A DNA stretch of 64,000 bases, from the NCBI RefSeq assembly GCF_009914755.1, contig NC_060935.1; one strand, 5' to 3'. Source of the stretch: the human T2T-CHM13v2.0 reference genome, Homo sapiens. The notes beneath the pieces are model-generated. The model did no database searches. It worked only from the letters and a program-made list of their open reading frames with translations, and was not told the DNA's origin. A program made the position numbers and the translations under genes. Positions 25,263 through 38,235 of this stretch are shown here, piece after piece; the first letter of the stretch is position 1; every line of letters begins with the position of its first letter.

Positions 25263-25420
25263 TTTATTTGCCTTAGAGATTTAGATGAGAACAGCTCTTG
25301 GGGATATGGGTCAAAAGAAGTTAATTAATATTGTTATAAAAGAATGTTGGTTCTGAACTTCCTAATCAGAAAGTTTTAGACTGTCTACAAGTAGAGCAGT
25401 TAGGGATTCCTTGGGGATTT
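25263..25420 (-). promoter_or_regulatory. Putative OR6M1 promoter (O/E = EBF-like and homeodomain-like sites)
   Basis: O/E-like ATCCCCAAGAG (25305-25295) and ATCCCCAAGGAAT (25418-25406); TTAATTAA 25321-25328; CTAATCA; homologous to 61853-61990. Confidence 0.7.
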
Positions 25421-25705
25421 TCCCAGACATTTTGCTTCTTCCATTTAAAGAGAAAAGAATACCTTAAAAATAATCTATAAGGAAGCTAAAAGCATGGAAC
25501 ACTTTTCATCCTTCTTAAGTTTATTGATATAATCAGAAATATTCTACAACAGTAAATATTCTAGAGTTTCAGATACTATGTACTACCTCTCTCTGTCTAC
25601 GTTAGCATAATTTTTTAAAAAGTTCCAGTTGAAAATAGGGTCATAGTAAATTCCACAATGTTTTTCCTCCCTGTCCTTTCCCTGTTGAAAAAGATGAGCC
25701 GTTGT

Positions 25706-25802
25706 GTAATAATCACATCGTGCCATTATCAAAACACCTCATGTACCCCATAAATATATACACCTACTATGTACCCACGAAAATTAAAAATAGAAAAATT
25801 GT
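25706..25802 (+). mobile_element. About 100-bp L1MA1/2-type 3-prime end with a short inverted 5-prime segment
   Basis: CATGTACCCCATAAATATATACACCTACTATGTACCCAC; TSD AAAAAGATGRGCYSTTGT at 25688-25705 and 25803-25820. Confidence 0.8.
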
Positions 25803-26089
25803 AAAAAGATGGGCTCTTGTACAGAAGTCAGCCTTGTACAACTCTGTTCTTCCATGCTCTTGACCTATCTCTTATGGCTACAAACTTTCCATAAGTTTCC
25901 ACTGTATTCTTTGATTTTTTTTAATGAAAATTCTTTCAAACATTTTTTACTTAACTAAAAAACCCTCTTTTTTTTTTTTAAACCTTAACAGTAACCTGAC
26001 TTTCACTTGAGGACACTGGTTCCACTGAGTTGAACGCACATCCTTCTTTCCATGTACAAGAGCGATAGAGTTACATAGCTGCAGGGACA

Positions 26090-26275
26090 TTATAACAATA
26101 TAAAAATATTATGTAGTTTTATATTTATATTCTATCAATTATATATTATGTGATATGCTATATGACATACATTACATAAGTGTACAATGTGTTTATACTT
26201 TTATATATAAATTTGTTATATAAGTATATAGTATATTTATACTATATTATTAATTTTATGATAATATAATAATTT
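26090..26275. repeat. AT-rich low-complexity tract
   Basis: Directly visible. Confidence 0.8.
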
Positions 26276-26604
26276 GTTGTTTTTGTTATTTTGCTCCCAA
26301 TTTCTGCTTTCAATAAGAAATTATTTCTCTGGTTTCTGATAAAACTCCTCCGAGGCTCATAGCATACAATCTTTTTTATTTTTCTAGTATACCATCTTAT
26401 AAATTTTCTTTGATTCCGCCATTTATTGCCTGAGTTTCAAGAAATAAGCAAATAACTGCTATAGAGCCTTCAAGTAAGACCATTATGGAAGTCATTTTTT
26501 AATTGACTCTTTCAGTGGTTCATGTGAACAGCTTTTCTCAGCTGTTTTGATTTGCTTTTGTTGATATTCAACCTAAAACTTGAATGTCTTTTTTTCAAAA
26601 ATAA

Positions 26605-27294
26605 TCTCAACTTTTATTTTAGATTTCAGGGTACATATACAGGTTTGTTACATGGGTATGTTGCACGATGCTGAGGTTTGGGGTATGGATGATTCCGTCA
26701 CTTGGGTAATGGGCATAGTACCCAATAGGTAGTTTTCCAGCCCACACACCCCTCCCTCCTTTCCCCCCTAGTAGTTCTCAGTGTCTATTATTCCTATCTT
26801 TATGTCCACATGTACCCAATGTTTAGCTCCCACTTATAAGTGAACACATGTGGTATTTGGTTTTCTGTTCCCATGCTAATTCACTTAGGATAATGGCCTC
26901 TGGCTACAGCCATGTTGCTGCAAAGGATATGATTTCATTCTTTCTCATGGCCATGTAGTAGTCCATGGTGTATATGTACCACATTTTCTTTATTCCACCA
27001 TTGACGGGCACCTAGGTTGATTCTATGTCTTTTGCTATTGTGAATAGTGCTGCAATGAACATATGTGTGCATGTGTCTTTCTGATAGAACAATTTTATAT
27101 TCCTCTAGGTATATATTCAGTAATGAGATTGCTGGGTCATATGGTAGTTTTAAGTTCTTTGAGAGTCATATGGTCGTTTTAAGTTCTTTTAGAAATCTCC
27201 AAACTGCTTTCCACAATGGCTGAACTAATTTACATCTCACCAACAGTATATAAGCATTTCCTTTTCTCTGCAGCCTTACTGGCATCTGTTATTT
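26605..27294 (-). mobile_element. L1PA16-like 3-prime end
   Basis: GATGCTGAGGTTTGGGGTATG...CATAGTACCCAATAGGTAG 3-prime UTR. Confidence 0.8.
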
Positions 27295-28455
27295 TTTATT
27301 ATTTTAACTTTTATTTTAGGTTCATGGGTACATGTGTAGGCTTGTTGTATAGGTAAATTGTATGTTATGGGGATTTGGTGTACAGATCATTTTGTCACCC
27401 AGGTATTATAAATAGTACACAATAAGTAGTGTTTCCATCCTCACCCCCCTCCCACCCTCCAATCTCAAGTAGGCCTCTGTGTCTGTTGCTCCCTTCTTTG
27501 TGGCCATATATACTCAAAGTTTAGCTCCCACTCGTAAGTGAGAATAGGCAATATTTGGTTTTCTGTTCCTGTATTAACTCACTTAGGATAATGGCCTCCA
27601 GCTGCATTCACGTTGCTGAAAACGACATGGTCTCATCCTTTTTTAAAGTTGCATAGTATTCTATTAGGTATATGTACCACATGTTTTAATCCAGTCTACA
27701 GTTAATGGGCATTTAGGTTGATTCCATGTCTTTGCTATTGTGAATAGTGCTGCAGTGAACATACTTGTTCATGTGTCTTTATGGTAGAATGATTTACATT
27801 CCTTTGGGTATATACCCCGTAATGGGATTGCTGGATTAAATGGCAATTCTGTTTTAAGTTCTTTGGGAAATCTCCAAACTGCTTTCCACAATGGTTGAAC
27901 TAATGTATACTCCCACCAGAGGTGTATAATCATTCCCTTTTCTCAACAACCTCTCCAGCCTCTGTTATTTCTTGCCTTTTTAGTAATAGCCATTCTGACT
28001 GATATGAGATGGTATCTTCTTATGGTTTTGATTTGCATTTATCTAATGGTTAGTAATGTTGAGCATTTTTTCATGTTTGTTGGTCACTTGTGTGTTTTCT
28101 TTTGCAAAGTGCCGGTTCATGTCTTTTAATTATTTTTTTAATGGGTTGTTTGTCTTTTGCTTGTAAATTTGTTTAGGTTCCTTATTGATTGTACATATTA
28201 GATCTTTGTTGGATGCATAGTTTGCAAATATTTTCTCCCATTCTGTAGGATGTCTGTTTACTCTGTTGATAGTTTCTTTTGCTGTGCAGAAGCTCTTTAG
28301 TTTAATTAGGTCCCACTTGTCAATTTTTGTTTTGTTGCTATTTCTTTTGAGGACTTAATCACAAATTCTTTGTCAAGGCTGTTGTCAAGAAGGGCATTTC
28401 ATAGGTTTTCTTTGAGGAATTTTATAGTTTGAGTTCTTACATTTAAATCTTTAAA
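27295..28455 (-). mobile_element. L1PA15-like 3-prime portion, abutting the L1PA16-like copy
   Basis: Second L1 3-prime terminus (GGTGTACAGATCATTTTGTCACCCAGG) continuing into ORF2. Confidence 0.8.
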
Positions 28456-28639
28456 AAATTTGAATATCTTAATCTTATTTCCAATGATTATTTCCTCTTA
28501 AGTCATCAACTCCATTTTTGTAAATTAGATCTTGCCATTACATATAAATAATCTCTGAAATGTCAAATTCTAGGGTACCAATTTTGAACTATATTCCTCT
28601 AATTAAACAACTGTTTCTATGCACTTATTTCATGGCTTG

Positions 28640-28839
28640 GTCCAGATCTCCAGCTGATAAATTCCTCCATTTTCTAGCAACCTTTCTGCATATATATATA
28701 TTTATATATGTACACACACACACATATACATATAGATGGAAGTCCAGATCTCCAGCTGATAAATTCCTCCATTTTCTAGCAACCTTTCTGCATATATATA
28801 TATTTATATATATACACACACACACATATACATATAGAT
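28640..28839. repeat. 98-bp tandem duplication (97/98 identical) with a 4-nt spacer
   Basis: Copies at 28640-28737 and 28742-28839; spacer GGAA. Confidence 0.95.
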
Positions 28840-28884
28840 AGAGCGATATTTTAGAAAACTACATATATATATATACATGTGAAA

Positions 28885-29700
28885 CAAATTTTTCTTTCAG
28901 TATTTTAAAGATGTTACTTCACTATCTTCTGGTTTGCACTGCTTCTCACAGGAAATCTGCTGTTAATCTATCTTTGTTTCTTAGTATGTAATATATCCAT
29001 TTTGGGTTTTTTTCTGCTTTAAGATCTTCTCTTTATCAATGGTTTTAAGAAATTTGATTATCATGTGGTTTGGTGTAGTTTTATCCGTATCTCTTTTGCT
29101 TGGGGGTTTGTTGAGCTTCTTGAACCTTTGAGATTATAATTTTTATCAAATTTGGAAAATTTTTGGTCACTATTTTTTCAGATTTTTTCCATTCTCATTT
29201 TACTTCAGTGACTCTAAGTGGGATTTGCTTGAAGTTGTACCACATTTCACTGATATTCTGGGGTTTTTTTTTTGTTTTATCTTTTCTCCTTTAGGTATTG
29301 TTTTTATTGGTATGTGTTCAAGTTCATTACATTTTTCTCCTACAATGCCCAATCTGTCGATAATTTTATCCTGTGTAATTTTTCATCTCAGACATTGTAC
29401 TTTCCATCTCTACTTAACAACAAGTGGAATGTAGACATAGTAACAGTCTCAATGTCTTTGATAATTCTATTGTCTCTGCCATTTCCGGATCAATTTCAGT
29501 TGATTGACTTGTGAGTTTGTTTTCCTGCTTCTTTATATATCTGTTAATTTTTTGATTGGATACGAAATGCTGTGAAATTTGCCTTCTTGGGTGCAGGATA
29601 TTTTTGTACTCCTAAAAACATTCTGAAGCTTTTTTCTGGGGTGTAGTTCAGTTGCTTGGAGACAGTTTGATTATTTTGGATCTTGTTTTCAGTCTTTGAA
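28885..29700 (-). mobile_element. Ancient L1M fragment
   Basis: TTTAAAGATGTTACTTCACTATCTTCTGG...TCAAATTTGGAAAATTTTTGG L1M ORF1-region motifs. Confidence 0.65.
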
Positions 29701-29781
29701 TAAGTTAAAGTACTCTTAGAAGACTATCACATCACAAGCACCTAATAAGAATGAGCAGAGAAAGACACACACACAGATTTT

Positions 29782-30300
29782 TGTTGCGGAATGAGCACTT
29801 CCACAAGTGGAAGCTGACACAAAAATGAGAGCCTATGGGAAATATACATCCCCCTAATGTCACTTCAAGCGACATTGTACAATGACATTAAGGGGACATT
29901 GTAAGCCTTAAGATTTTAGGTGCTACATTGACATCTCTAAGCTCCACAGGGCCTAAGTGAGTTCCCCTGCTTTCACTAGATATGCCTCCACCCGGCAGCA
30001 GGAAAGCCTCCCCTACTTGGCCATTTTTCCTATCAGTCAGGCCAACTGCACCCCACTCAGTATTCAACCTAACAGGCTTCCATCTCCTGCCAGCCCAGCA
30101 GCTGTTCACTCTGCCCCGAGTGCCACCGCCGTGTCACCCTGCTTGGCATGCAGTGTCCTCCTCTCTCAGCTGTGAATATATGTAACTAATAAACTACTCT
30201 CAACTTTATCTGTCCGTCATTGAGTATCATGTATTTGGCCATCTCTAGAATCATGGGGTAGAACAACCTCCCTCACCAATGGGGTGAAGGTAGTGCCACA
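29782..30300 (+). mobile_element. ERVL-class LTR (MER54/MER74-like)
   Basis: GTGAATATATGTAACTAATAAAC...CCTCCCTCACCAATGGGGTGAA. Confidence 0.6.
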
Positions 30301-30864
30301 TTTCAATTGTGTGTGTGTATGTGTATGGGGTACCCAGAAGTAGTCTAAGTTGAGGAGCAGTTTAGAGGAATTCTGATAAGAAAATACCTAAGAAATACTG
30401 AATTAGAATAGTGGTAAATTAGATAGGATGGCATCAAGTGACTGCCTATAAGTAATAATTGCCATTTAAACACTTTGTCTTCTCCATACTTTCTATTTTA
30501 GATATCCTCGCTGCCAAAACCCAGACCAATTCCTCATTTTTAACTATTTATGACCACAAGACACTTTACTTTTAGGGAGCCCCATATAATGGAGATAAAA
30601 TGTGAGAAGGTTAGTCTGGGGTTCAGCGCAAACCTTTTTCATCCATTGGCAAGCCAAGGATGTTATTTTATAATGAATACATTTGACTTTAACAAACATT
30701 TTCACTAGTATTTTCCTAATCTTTCCTCTCTCACCTCCACAAATAATCTTGGTGTCTTATATGAAGTGTATTATAATCTGTTATTCTCTATGTTATATTT
30801 ATAGATACTCTCTTCCAACATTGAATATGTGTTTAATGACTGTTGGCTGAATGGAAAGCTAGAC

Positions 30865-31045
30865 ACCATAGGGGAAATGATATTAAATTCTCAGACAGAA
30901 TGACAGGTTCCAGTGCTGACTCTCTTACTACCTAGATTTTAAAAAATTCTGCTTCACATGGGCCTCAGTTTTCTCATCTGTAAAATGAAAATGTTTAAGT
31001 AAGATACTCTGTAAAGCCCCTTCTGCTTCAGATCTTTGATTTTAT
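30865..31045. mobile_element. MIR
   Basis: GGGCCTCAGTTTTCTCATCTGTAAAATG core. Confidence 0.75.
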
Positions 31046-31107
31046 GTCTTTGTCTATGAGGGATAGTCCCAAAATTACCTTTACTGCGATTTTTACAACG
31101 AAGGGAA

Positions 31108-31340
31108 ACAGTATTGTATAGTAATTAAGAGCATGGGTTTTGAAGTCAGATAGTTCTTGGTTTGACTCCACTTAACACCTGAGTGACTTTGGGACAGTTA
31201 ACATCTCAACTCCTCAGTTGTTTCATCCATCAAATGGGGATAATATGAACGCCATAGAATTATCCTAAAAGTGAAATAAGATGAAGCATGTGAGGCCTTT
31301 GGCAGGTTTCCTGACACATGGTAAGTGCTAAGTATCTGAG
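31108..31340 (+). mobile_element. MIR, near full length
   Basis: TTAAGAGCATGGGTTTTGAAGTCAGA...CCTCAGTTGTTTCATCCATCAAATGGGG...GGTAAGTGCT. Confidence 0.85.
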
Positions 31341-31752
31341 TTACCGATGACTGGGGCTGAATAAAGGTCATCCACTTTCTAAGCATTAGTGCTTGAAAGA
31401 CAGACAATGTTTAATGTATTCTCATAAATAGGAATGCTTTGCTTCTGAAACACTTGTCTAGGATAGACTGCTGATGGGTTTGTAATTGGAGTTATAGTAG
31501 GCCTTTATCTCTATAGATTTATGGAGAAATAAATTTCTGTCTAGAATTAAAGTTCTTAATTTGTGTTTATAGATCTCTCATACATATTAAAGGAGTCTGT
31601 GAACTTGTACTTGCATGAAAAAATTTGAATTTATGAATATTTGTGGTTTTTTTCTAGAGGATAATTTCTCTCAATGGGGCTTATGTAATTTTGTTTCTGA
31701 TACTGCTATTGTTTTATTTATCTTGCTCATATTTTGTGTTCTAACTCTTCAT

Positions 31753-32059
31753 GTTTTGTTTCTTGAGACAGGGTCTTGCTCTGTCACCTAAACTGGAGTG
31801 CAGTGGTGTGATTATGGCTCACTGCAGCCTTGACCTCCCAGGCTCGAGCAATCCTCCCAACTCAGCTTCCTGAGTAGCTGGGACTACAGGTGTGCACCAC
31901 CATGCCCAGGTAGTTTTTAAATTTTTTTTGTGGAGATCGGGGTCGGGGGGCTTCTCACTATGTTGCCCAAGCTGGCCTCAAACTCCTGGGCTCAAGCAGT
32001 GCTTTCACCTCGGCCTCCTACACTGCTGGGACTACAGGCGTGAGCTACAACAACTGGCT
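31753..32059 (-). mobile_element. AluJ
   Basis: GCAGCCTTGACCTCCCAGGCTCGAGCAATCC; full dimer. Confidence 0.92.
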
Positions 32060-32673
32060 GTGTGCTAACTCTTTAATTAAAAAACCCAGGCACTGCATTT
32101 TGAATACTTAAATTTTCTAGCCTCATTTTATCACATTGCCATTTATAGACTCAGGAAAGCCAGAGGACGGTGAATATAGAAATAGGTACTTTGGGAAGAA
32201 GGTAAAAAGAGCAAAAGTGAAATAGAATCCAGAAGATTAGAGTCTATAGAGGTAATTACACATAGTACTGCTATACAAATTATGAATGGTCAGGAAATAA
32301 TATGACTTCTGAGGAACTTTGCAGCTTATGTCATGCTGTTTTATCTGTGAATGTGCTGCCAGCCTTATTATAACTTAATAAGTTTCAATATACAAAATAA
32401 CTTTATTTTTTAGTTACATTAAGAATTCCAGGGAAGCCTGAAATTTTATGTGCTGCTTTGACATAGTTCATTTTTTGTATTTATCCACTTATTGTTTGTT
32501 TCTTCATTTATTCTTTCATTCATTCATTGAATTCCTTTTCCATGCCAGATGTTTTAAGGACTTTTTCTCTGGTATCTTCTTCCTACAGACATTTGACTTC
32601 TATGTCTCTTTAGTTTAAATACACAACTATCCTTAAGTATAATTTTTCTTCTGGCTTCGTGAGATGGACTGCA

Positions 32674-32688
32674 TAGGTAGGTAGGTAA

Positions 32689-32730
<42 letters not shown>

Positions 32731-32737
32731 GATAGAT
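32674..32737. repeat. (TAGG)n(TAGA)n tetranucleotide STR
   Basis: Directly visible. Confidence 0.95.
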
Positions 32738-33398
32738 AAAACTTCTATCAGAAGGCTCATCAACCTCCTAATTAAACAATGTTTGAATAATATATAAAAT
32801 TTTAGGGACAGTCTCACAACTCTTTCTTGAGTTATAGGCAAAGATCATGTCTGATTTAGGATGCATCTTGCCCTAGACCAGATCGGCAATTACTCACTTG
32901 AAACAACAGTGACTCTTCTGAGAAATGCAAACATTTTACAAAACATTGATTAGCAGACATGCTAATAAATACATGATGATAAATCTGAAAATAAACATGG
33001 AGAAATATAATCAATCCTAATCCCCTTATCGTGATCACCAATGTTAACATAATGGTTAAAGTCTCTTCTTTCTCTCCTCTATCTACTTCTTTTTGGGAGA
33101 ATTGGCACTCAGCTTTAAGTTTCTTCAGATGGGTCATTGTCTGCAGACTGATGCTTCTTTTGCCTACTTGTTAATACTTACAATTTGGGTATTGCTATAG
33201 AATTCAGTTCCCATGATGGAGGAATACACTATATGAATAAATAGCTTGTGTTTTGATGGTCGGGATTCTTATTCTTCCTGGGCATCACTAAGTACTTGAA
33301 AGATATTGCCTCGATTCTTCAACAACAGTCATCACACTCACTGTTTTAGCCAAAAGCCAATGTCCCTGCTGCTTATCTCAAGGGTAGAGGCCAACCAC

Positions 33399-33770
33399 TG
33401 TCGTAGTCTGTTTTCTATTGCTATAAAAGAATAGCATAGACTGGAAAATTTATAACAAAATAGAAACTTCTTTAGTTCATGGTTCTGAAGACTAGGAAGT
33501 CCAAGAGCATGGGATTGGCATCTGGTAAGGGCCTTTCTGCTGTGTCATAACATGGAGGAAGCCATCACATAGTAAGAGGGCAAGAGTGTGTCAGCTCAAG
33601 TCTTTCTTCCTCTTCTTATAAAGCCACCAGTCTCATCATGAGGACCCAATCCTGATGACTTTATCTAATCCTAATAACCTCCCAAAGGCCTCATTTCCAA
33701 ATACCATCAACTGGGTTTGGGGATTAAATCTCAACATATGAAATCTGTGAGACACATTTAAACCATAGCT
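33399..33770 (-). mobile_element. MaLR LTR (MSTC/MSTD-like)
   Basis: GGAAGTCCAAGAGCATG...CTAATCCTAATAACCTCCCAAAGGCC...AAACCATAGC. Confidence 0.8.
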
Positions 33771-34105
33771 ATTACCCAAATGTCTAAATGTCTCTTCCCA
33801 GTTTCTACCCTGAAAACAAACTCTTGACCCTCTCATATAGCTTATGCTTTAAAACTGTGTACTGAGTATTTTTAGAAGTATCTTCACTTCATCTCTCCTG
33901 TTTGTGAGTTAAGTTGGTCTTTCCTCTAGTCTCATTTTTCACTCTCAACATGTTTTCTTTCTATGTTTGAAAATTAATTTTTATTTTTTAAACTAATACA
34001 AACACATAGTTAAAAGTGAATAAATGCTAACATTTTTGTACAGAAAAAAAAGGTTTCTGTTTCTTCTCTCTACTTCTCAGTCCTTTTTTCTCATTGGAAA
34101 TTATT

Positions 34106-34174
34106 ATTTTTTTAAATGTAATTTAATTTTAAGTTCCGGGATACGTGCGCAGGATGTGCAGGATGTGCAGGTTT
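34106..34174 (-). mobile_element. 69-bp L1PA 3-prime micro-insertion with a 13-bp TSD
   Basis: TTTTAAGTTCCGGGATACGTG...GCAGGTTT; TSD ATTGGAAATTATT at 34093-34105 and 34175-34187. Confidence 0.85.
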
Positions 34175-35019
34175 ATTGGAAATTATTTTAAACACGTTGG
34201 TTGTTTCTTCTAGTGCTAGCTTCATATTTCTAAATAAATGCTTATGCTGTTCTTTCTTATCAAATTTACACATTATCTATTATTGTGCTAAAAGAGGACT
34301 TTTAACTTATTTGTTCACTTTCTTTCTCTCATATCTGCTGTACAGAGATACCACAATTTTTAATTGAATAAACTATGAATTTTTATAATATTATGTTATG
34401 CCAATATTGTTCACTGTTGATCCAGGAAGGGTATTATAGTTGTTTCTTTTTTTGAAAGATACATTTAATTAAAGTTATCTCATAATTTTTTCCACTCACA
34501 CTGTTTGCTATCTACTATTTGCTTGTTTAGCCCTCAAATTCTACAACAACTTTTAGCAAATAATCTCTTCCAATAGCCCTCTGCCCTATTGTTTCTCATT
34601 ATCTTCTGGAACTCCAGTTACCTGTGTATTAGACAATTTGACATTGTCTCACAGATCTTAGACACATTTATAAATTATTATTTTTCTTTGTGTTTCAGTT
34701 TGAATAATTTCTACTTTGTCTTTCAGTTTATTCATTCTTTTTTCTTTTGATAAGGCTATTGAATTTTCAATACTGTGTATTTGTTTCCAGTATTTTGTTA
34801 GATTTATTTTAATATTGTATGTCTTTGAGAAAATTTTACCTCTTTTTATAAATGTTTTCCATCTTCTTCATTAGATCATTCAACATCAGAGTTAGTTTGA
34901 AGCTCTTGTCAACAAATTCCAACATCTGCGACAATGCACCTATTGGCTGATTTTCTCTTAATTTGGTGTTATTTTCTCTTTATTCGAATGTCTCATACTT
35001 TTTAATTTTATGTTTAACC

Positions 35020-35319
35020 TTTTTTTTTTTTTTTTTTCTGAGACAGGATTTTGCTCTGTTGCCCAGACTGGAGTACAGTGGCATGATCTTGGCTCTCTGT
35101 AGCCTCAACCTCCAGGGTTCAAGTAATCCTCTCACCTCAGCCTCCTGAGTAGCTGGGACTACAGATGTGCACCACCATGCCCAGCTAATTGTTTTATTTT
35201 TGTAGAGTCAAGGTTTCTCTGTGTTGCCCAGGTAGGTCTCAGATTCCTGTGCTCAAGCAATCCACCTGCCTTGGCTCCCAAGGTGCTGGGATTACAGGTG
35301 TGAGCCACTGTTCCTGGCC
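35020..35319 (-). mobile_element. AluJ
   Basis: Full dimer with AluJ diagnostics. Confidence 0.92.
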
Positions 35320-35532
35320 ATTATGTTTAAAAGATCAAAGTAGATAATATGTATCCAGAAAAGGGCATTGTTTTTTTTCCTCTGTCAGGCCACCAAAACT
35401 AGAAATAGTTTTGTTAATTTTCTTTGTGACTTTTCTCTATTGATTTCTCATCTTTCCTATTTCCTTCTTTTAGGATTCATTTGTTCTTCTTTTACTAAAT
35501 TCTTAAGATGAAAGTTTAGAACATTGATATGA

Positions 35533-35879
<347 letters not shown>

Positions 35880-37206
35880 CACTTTTCTTTTAAAACTTTA
35901 CCTTAGTTGTGTCTAACTGATTTTGTTGTATTTACTATGTTGTGTTTTTATTTTCACTCAATTTAAAATATTTTCTAATTTCCCAATTGACTTCCTCTTG
36001 GACCAATAGATTATTTAAAGAGTTTGTTTATTTCTAATTTCCTAATATTTTGGAATGTCATATACACCTTTTCATTGATTAATTTAATTCTGAATTCTCT
36101 TTTGGTCAGCAAATAGACTTTGAGTAATTTCAACTCTTTTAAATTTGTGGAGGCTTGTTTTATGGCATAGTATATGGTCTGTCTTGGTGAATCTTCCCTG
36201 TACCACTGAACACAGTATGACTTCTGTTTTGTTGGGTGGAGTGTTGTACAAATAGCTTTAATTATTGTAATTGAATTGGCTACAGGGTTCTTCAGTTCTC
36301 TATACTCTTACTGATTTTTTTTCGCTTCTTTGTTCTGTCAACTTGTTATTGAGAAAGGAGTGGTAAAGTTTCTAATAATAATTGTGCATTTAACTATTTC
36401 TCCTTGCTTTATTCATTTTGATGCTCTTTTGTTGGGCATGTACACATTGTTCTATATTAGCGTGTTGACTTCGTCATTATATAATATTCATTTTTATCTC
36501 TTATAATATCCCTTGTTTTGAAATCTACTTTGTAATATTAATAGTACTACTCCATCTTTCTGTTGACTAATCTTTGTATGGTACATATTTTCCATTTAAC
36601 TTTTTTAATTGTGGTAAAATACAGTAACATAAAATATGCTGTTAATGATCTAGCTAAGTTTTTATATGTAAAGGGGATTTCTTGTAGGCAGCATTCAGCC
36701 AGATTTTCCTTTATTAAAAGATTTTAATCCATTCTTATAATTTTTGTCTTTTAATTGTGGTGTTAAGACCATTACTTTTTAAAGTAATTATTGACTTGGC
36801 TTTATTTGAATGTACTCTCTAATTAGCTGTTTTCTATTTGTTTTATATGTTTATTAATTATTTCTTTTCCATGTTTTTCTGCCTTCCTTTGCATTGGTTG
36901 CTTTTTTTTTTTTTAAGTAATTGTATTTTCTAACTGGTTTTATGGTGGCTCTGTCTTCCTCTCATGCTCTGCCACAGCTGAGCTGGCCCACAGTTTCTGT
37001 TTCTCTTTGGACGACCTGTCTGTCGTTGGATTTCTGACTGTTTGTTTTCCCTGTGATCTCAGATCACACTGCTGGTTTCAAGGAAGTTGTGATTTTGTAG
37101 TTTAGCTTTTTCTCATTATCAGGTTGGGAGCTATTACCTTTCAGCTTTCTACATCTTGGAGGGAAGTGCATATCCCATAATACTTTTTAAAATTCCCTAA
37201 ATCTGT

Positions 37207-37881
37207 TGTTAATAGAAAAAACAAACTCTAAATGTTTCAAAGAGGTTTATTCTGAGTAAATATGAGTGACCAGGGCCTGGGAAAACACAGTCTCAAGAGG
37301 TCCTGAAAAAGGTTGTAGGGTTACAGCTTGGTTTTATACATTTCAGGGAGACAGGACTTACAGGCAAAGACATAAATCAATACACAGAAGGTTTCTACCC
37401 AAAACGGTGGAATATCTGGAAGCAGGGGTGAAGGTGTGGGGGTGGGGGTTGAGGGAGGCTTACAGGTTATCGGTGGATTCGGAGAGTCTTTAATTTTTGC
37501 AGTTGGTTAAAGGAGTAAGGCTGTTTCTAAAACTTGAACTCAGCAGAAAGGAATGTCTTAAGATAAGGATGCTGTGTAGTAAGATTGATGGCCTGCAGGT
37601 GTGACTTAATCCTTGCCTTGTGTGGCTGTAGATCTTGTGTAAGAGTTGACATGTTATTGCCACAGAGTCTGTTTTGTCAGCCTTAAGATCTCTATTTTAA
37701 CATTAATGCTGATCAGTTATTGTACCTAAACTCCAAAAGGGTGGAGGTATAATGAGGTGCATCCAACCTTCCTTCCTGTCATGGCCAAAAGTTCAGTTTT
37801 TAAGATTTTTCTGGGGTCTCCTTGGCCAAGAGGGAGTCCATTAGGTGGGTTGGGAGCTTAGAATTTTATTTTTAGTTTACA
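37207..37881 (-). mobile_element. MER4D-like solo LTR
   Basis: Minus-strand start TGTAAACTAAAAATAAAATTCTAAGC; flanks CTGT / CTGC. Confidence 0.8.
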
Positions 37882-38084
37882 CTGCATAATATTAGTCTCT
37901 ACTGCATATCAAGAATTGAACATTTGCTTGAAATTTAATCTACTTTTTCAACCCTACTTCTTCCTTTTTTTCTTTCTTAAAAAGAAATTTTAAATGCTTA
38001 AGACATGTATAAAAACGTATAAAAAATAATACAATGAATCCCCATAACCCTTCCCAACTACAGGGTTAAGGTTGCTAAAATCAA

Positions 38085-38235
38085 ATGCAGAATCTTATCC
38101 TGCTGCTAGCTGAATTACAATGCAGGTTGAACTCCCAGCCTCATAGAGTGTCTACATTAAATGTGAGGGCAGTGATTGGGAAAGAATGGGACCCGGCACA
38201 CTGGGTTAGGGAAGTGTTAGAACATGTGGAAGAAA
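38085..38235 (+). mobile_element. ERVL internal (gag) fragment
   Basis: GCTGAATTACAATGCAGGTTGAACTCCCAGCCT...GTGATTGGGAAAGAATGGGACCC translates as AELQCRLNSQP...VIGKEWDP, ERVL gag-like. Confidence 0.65.

Noticed and set aside
28640-28839. CRISPR-like or other repeat-spacer array
   Set aside because: Only two copies in a mammalian context; no cas genes or regular spacers anywhere in the window
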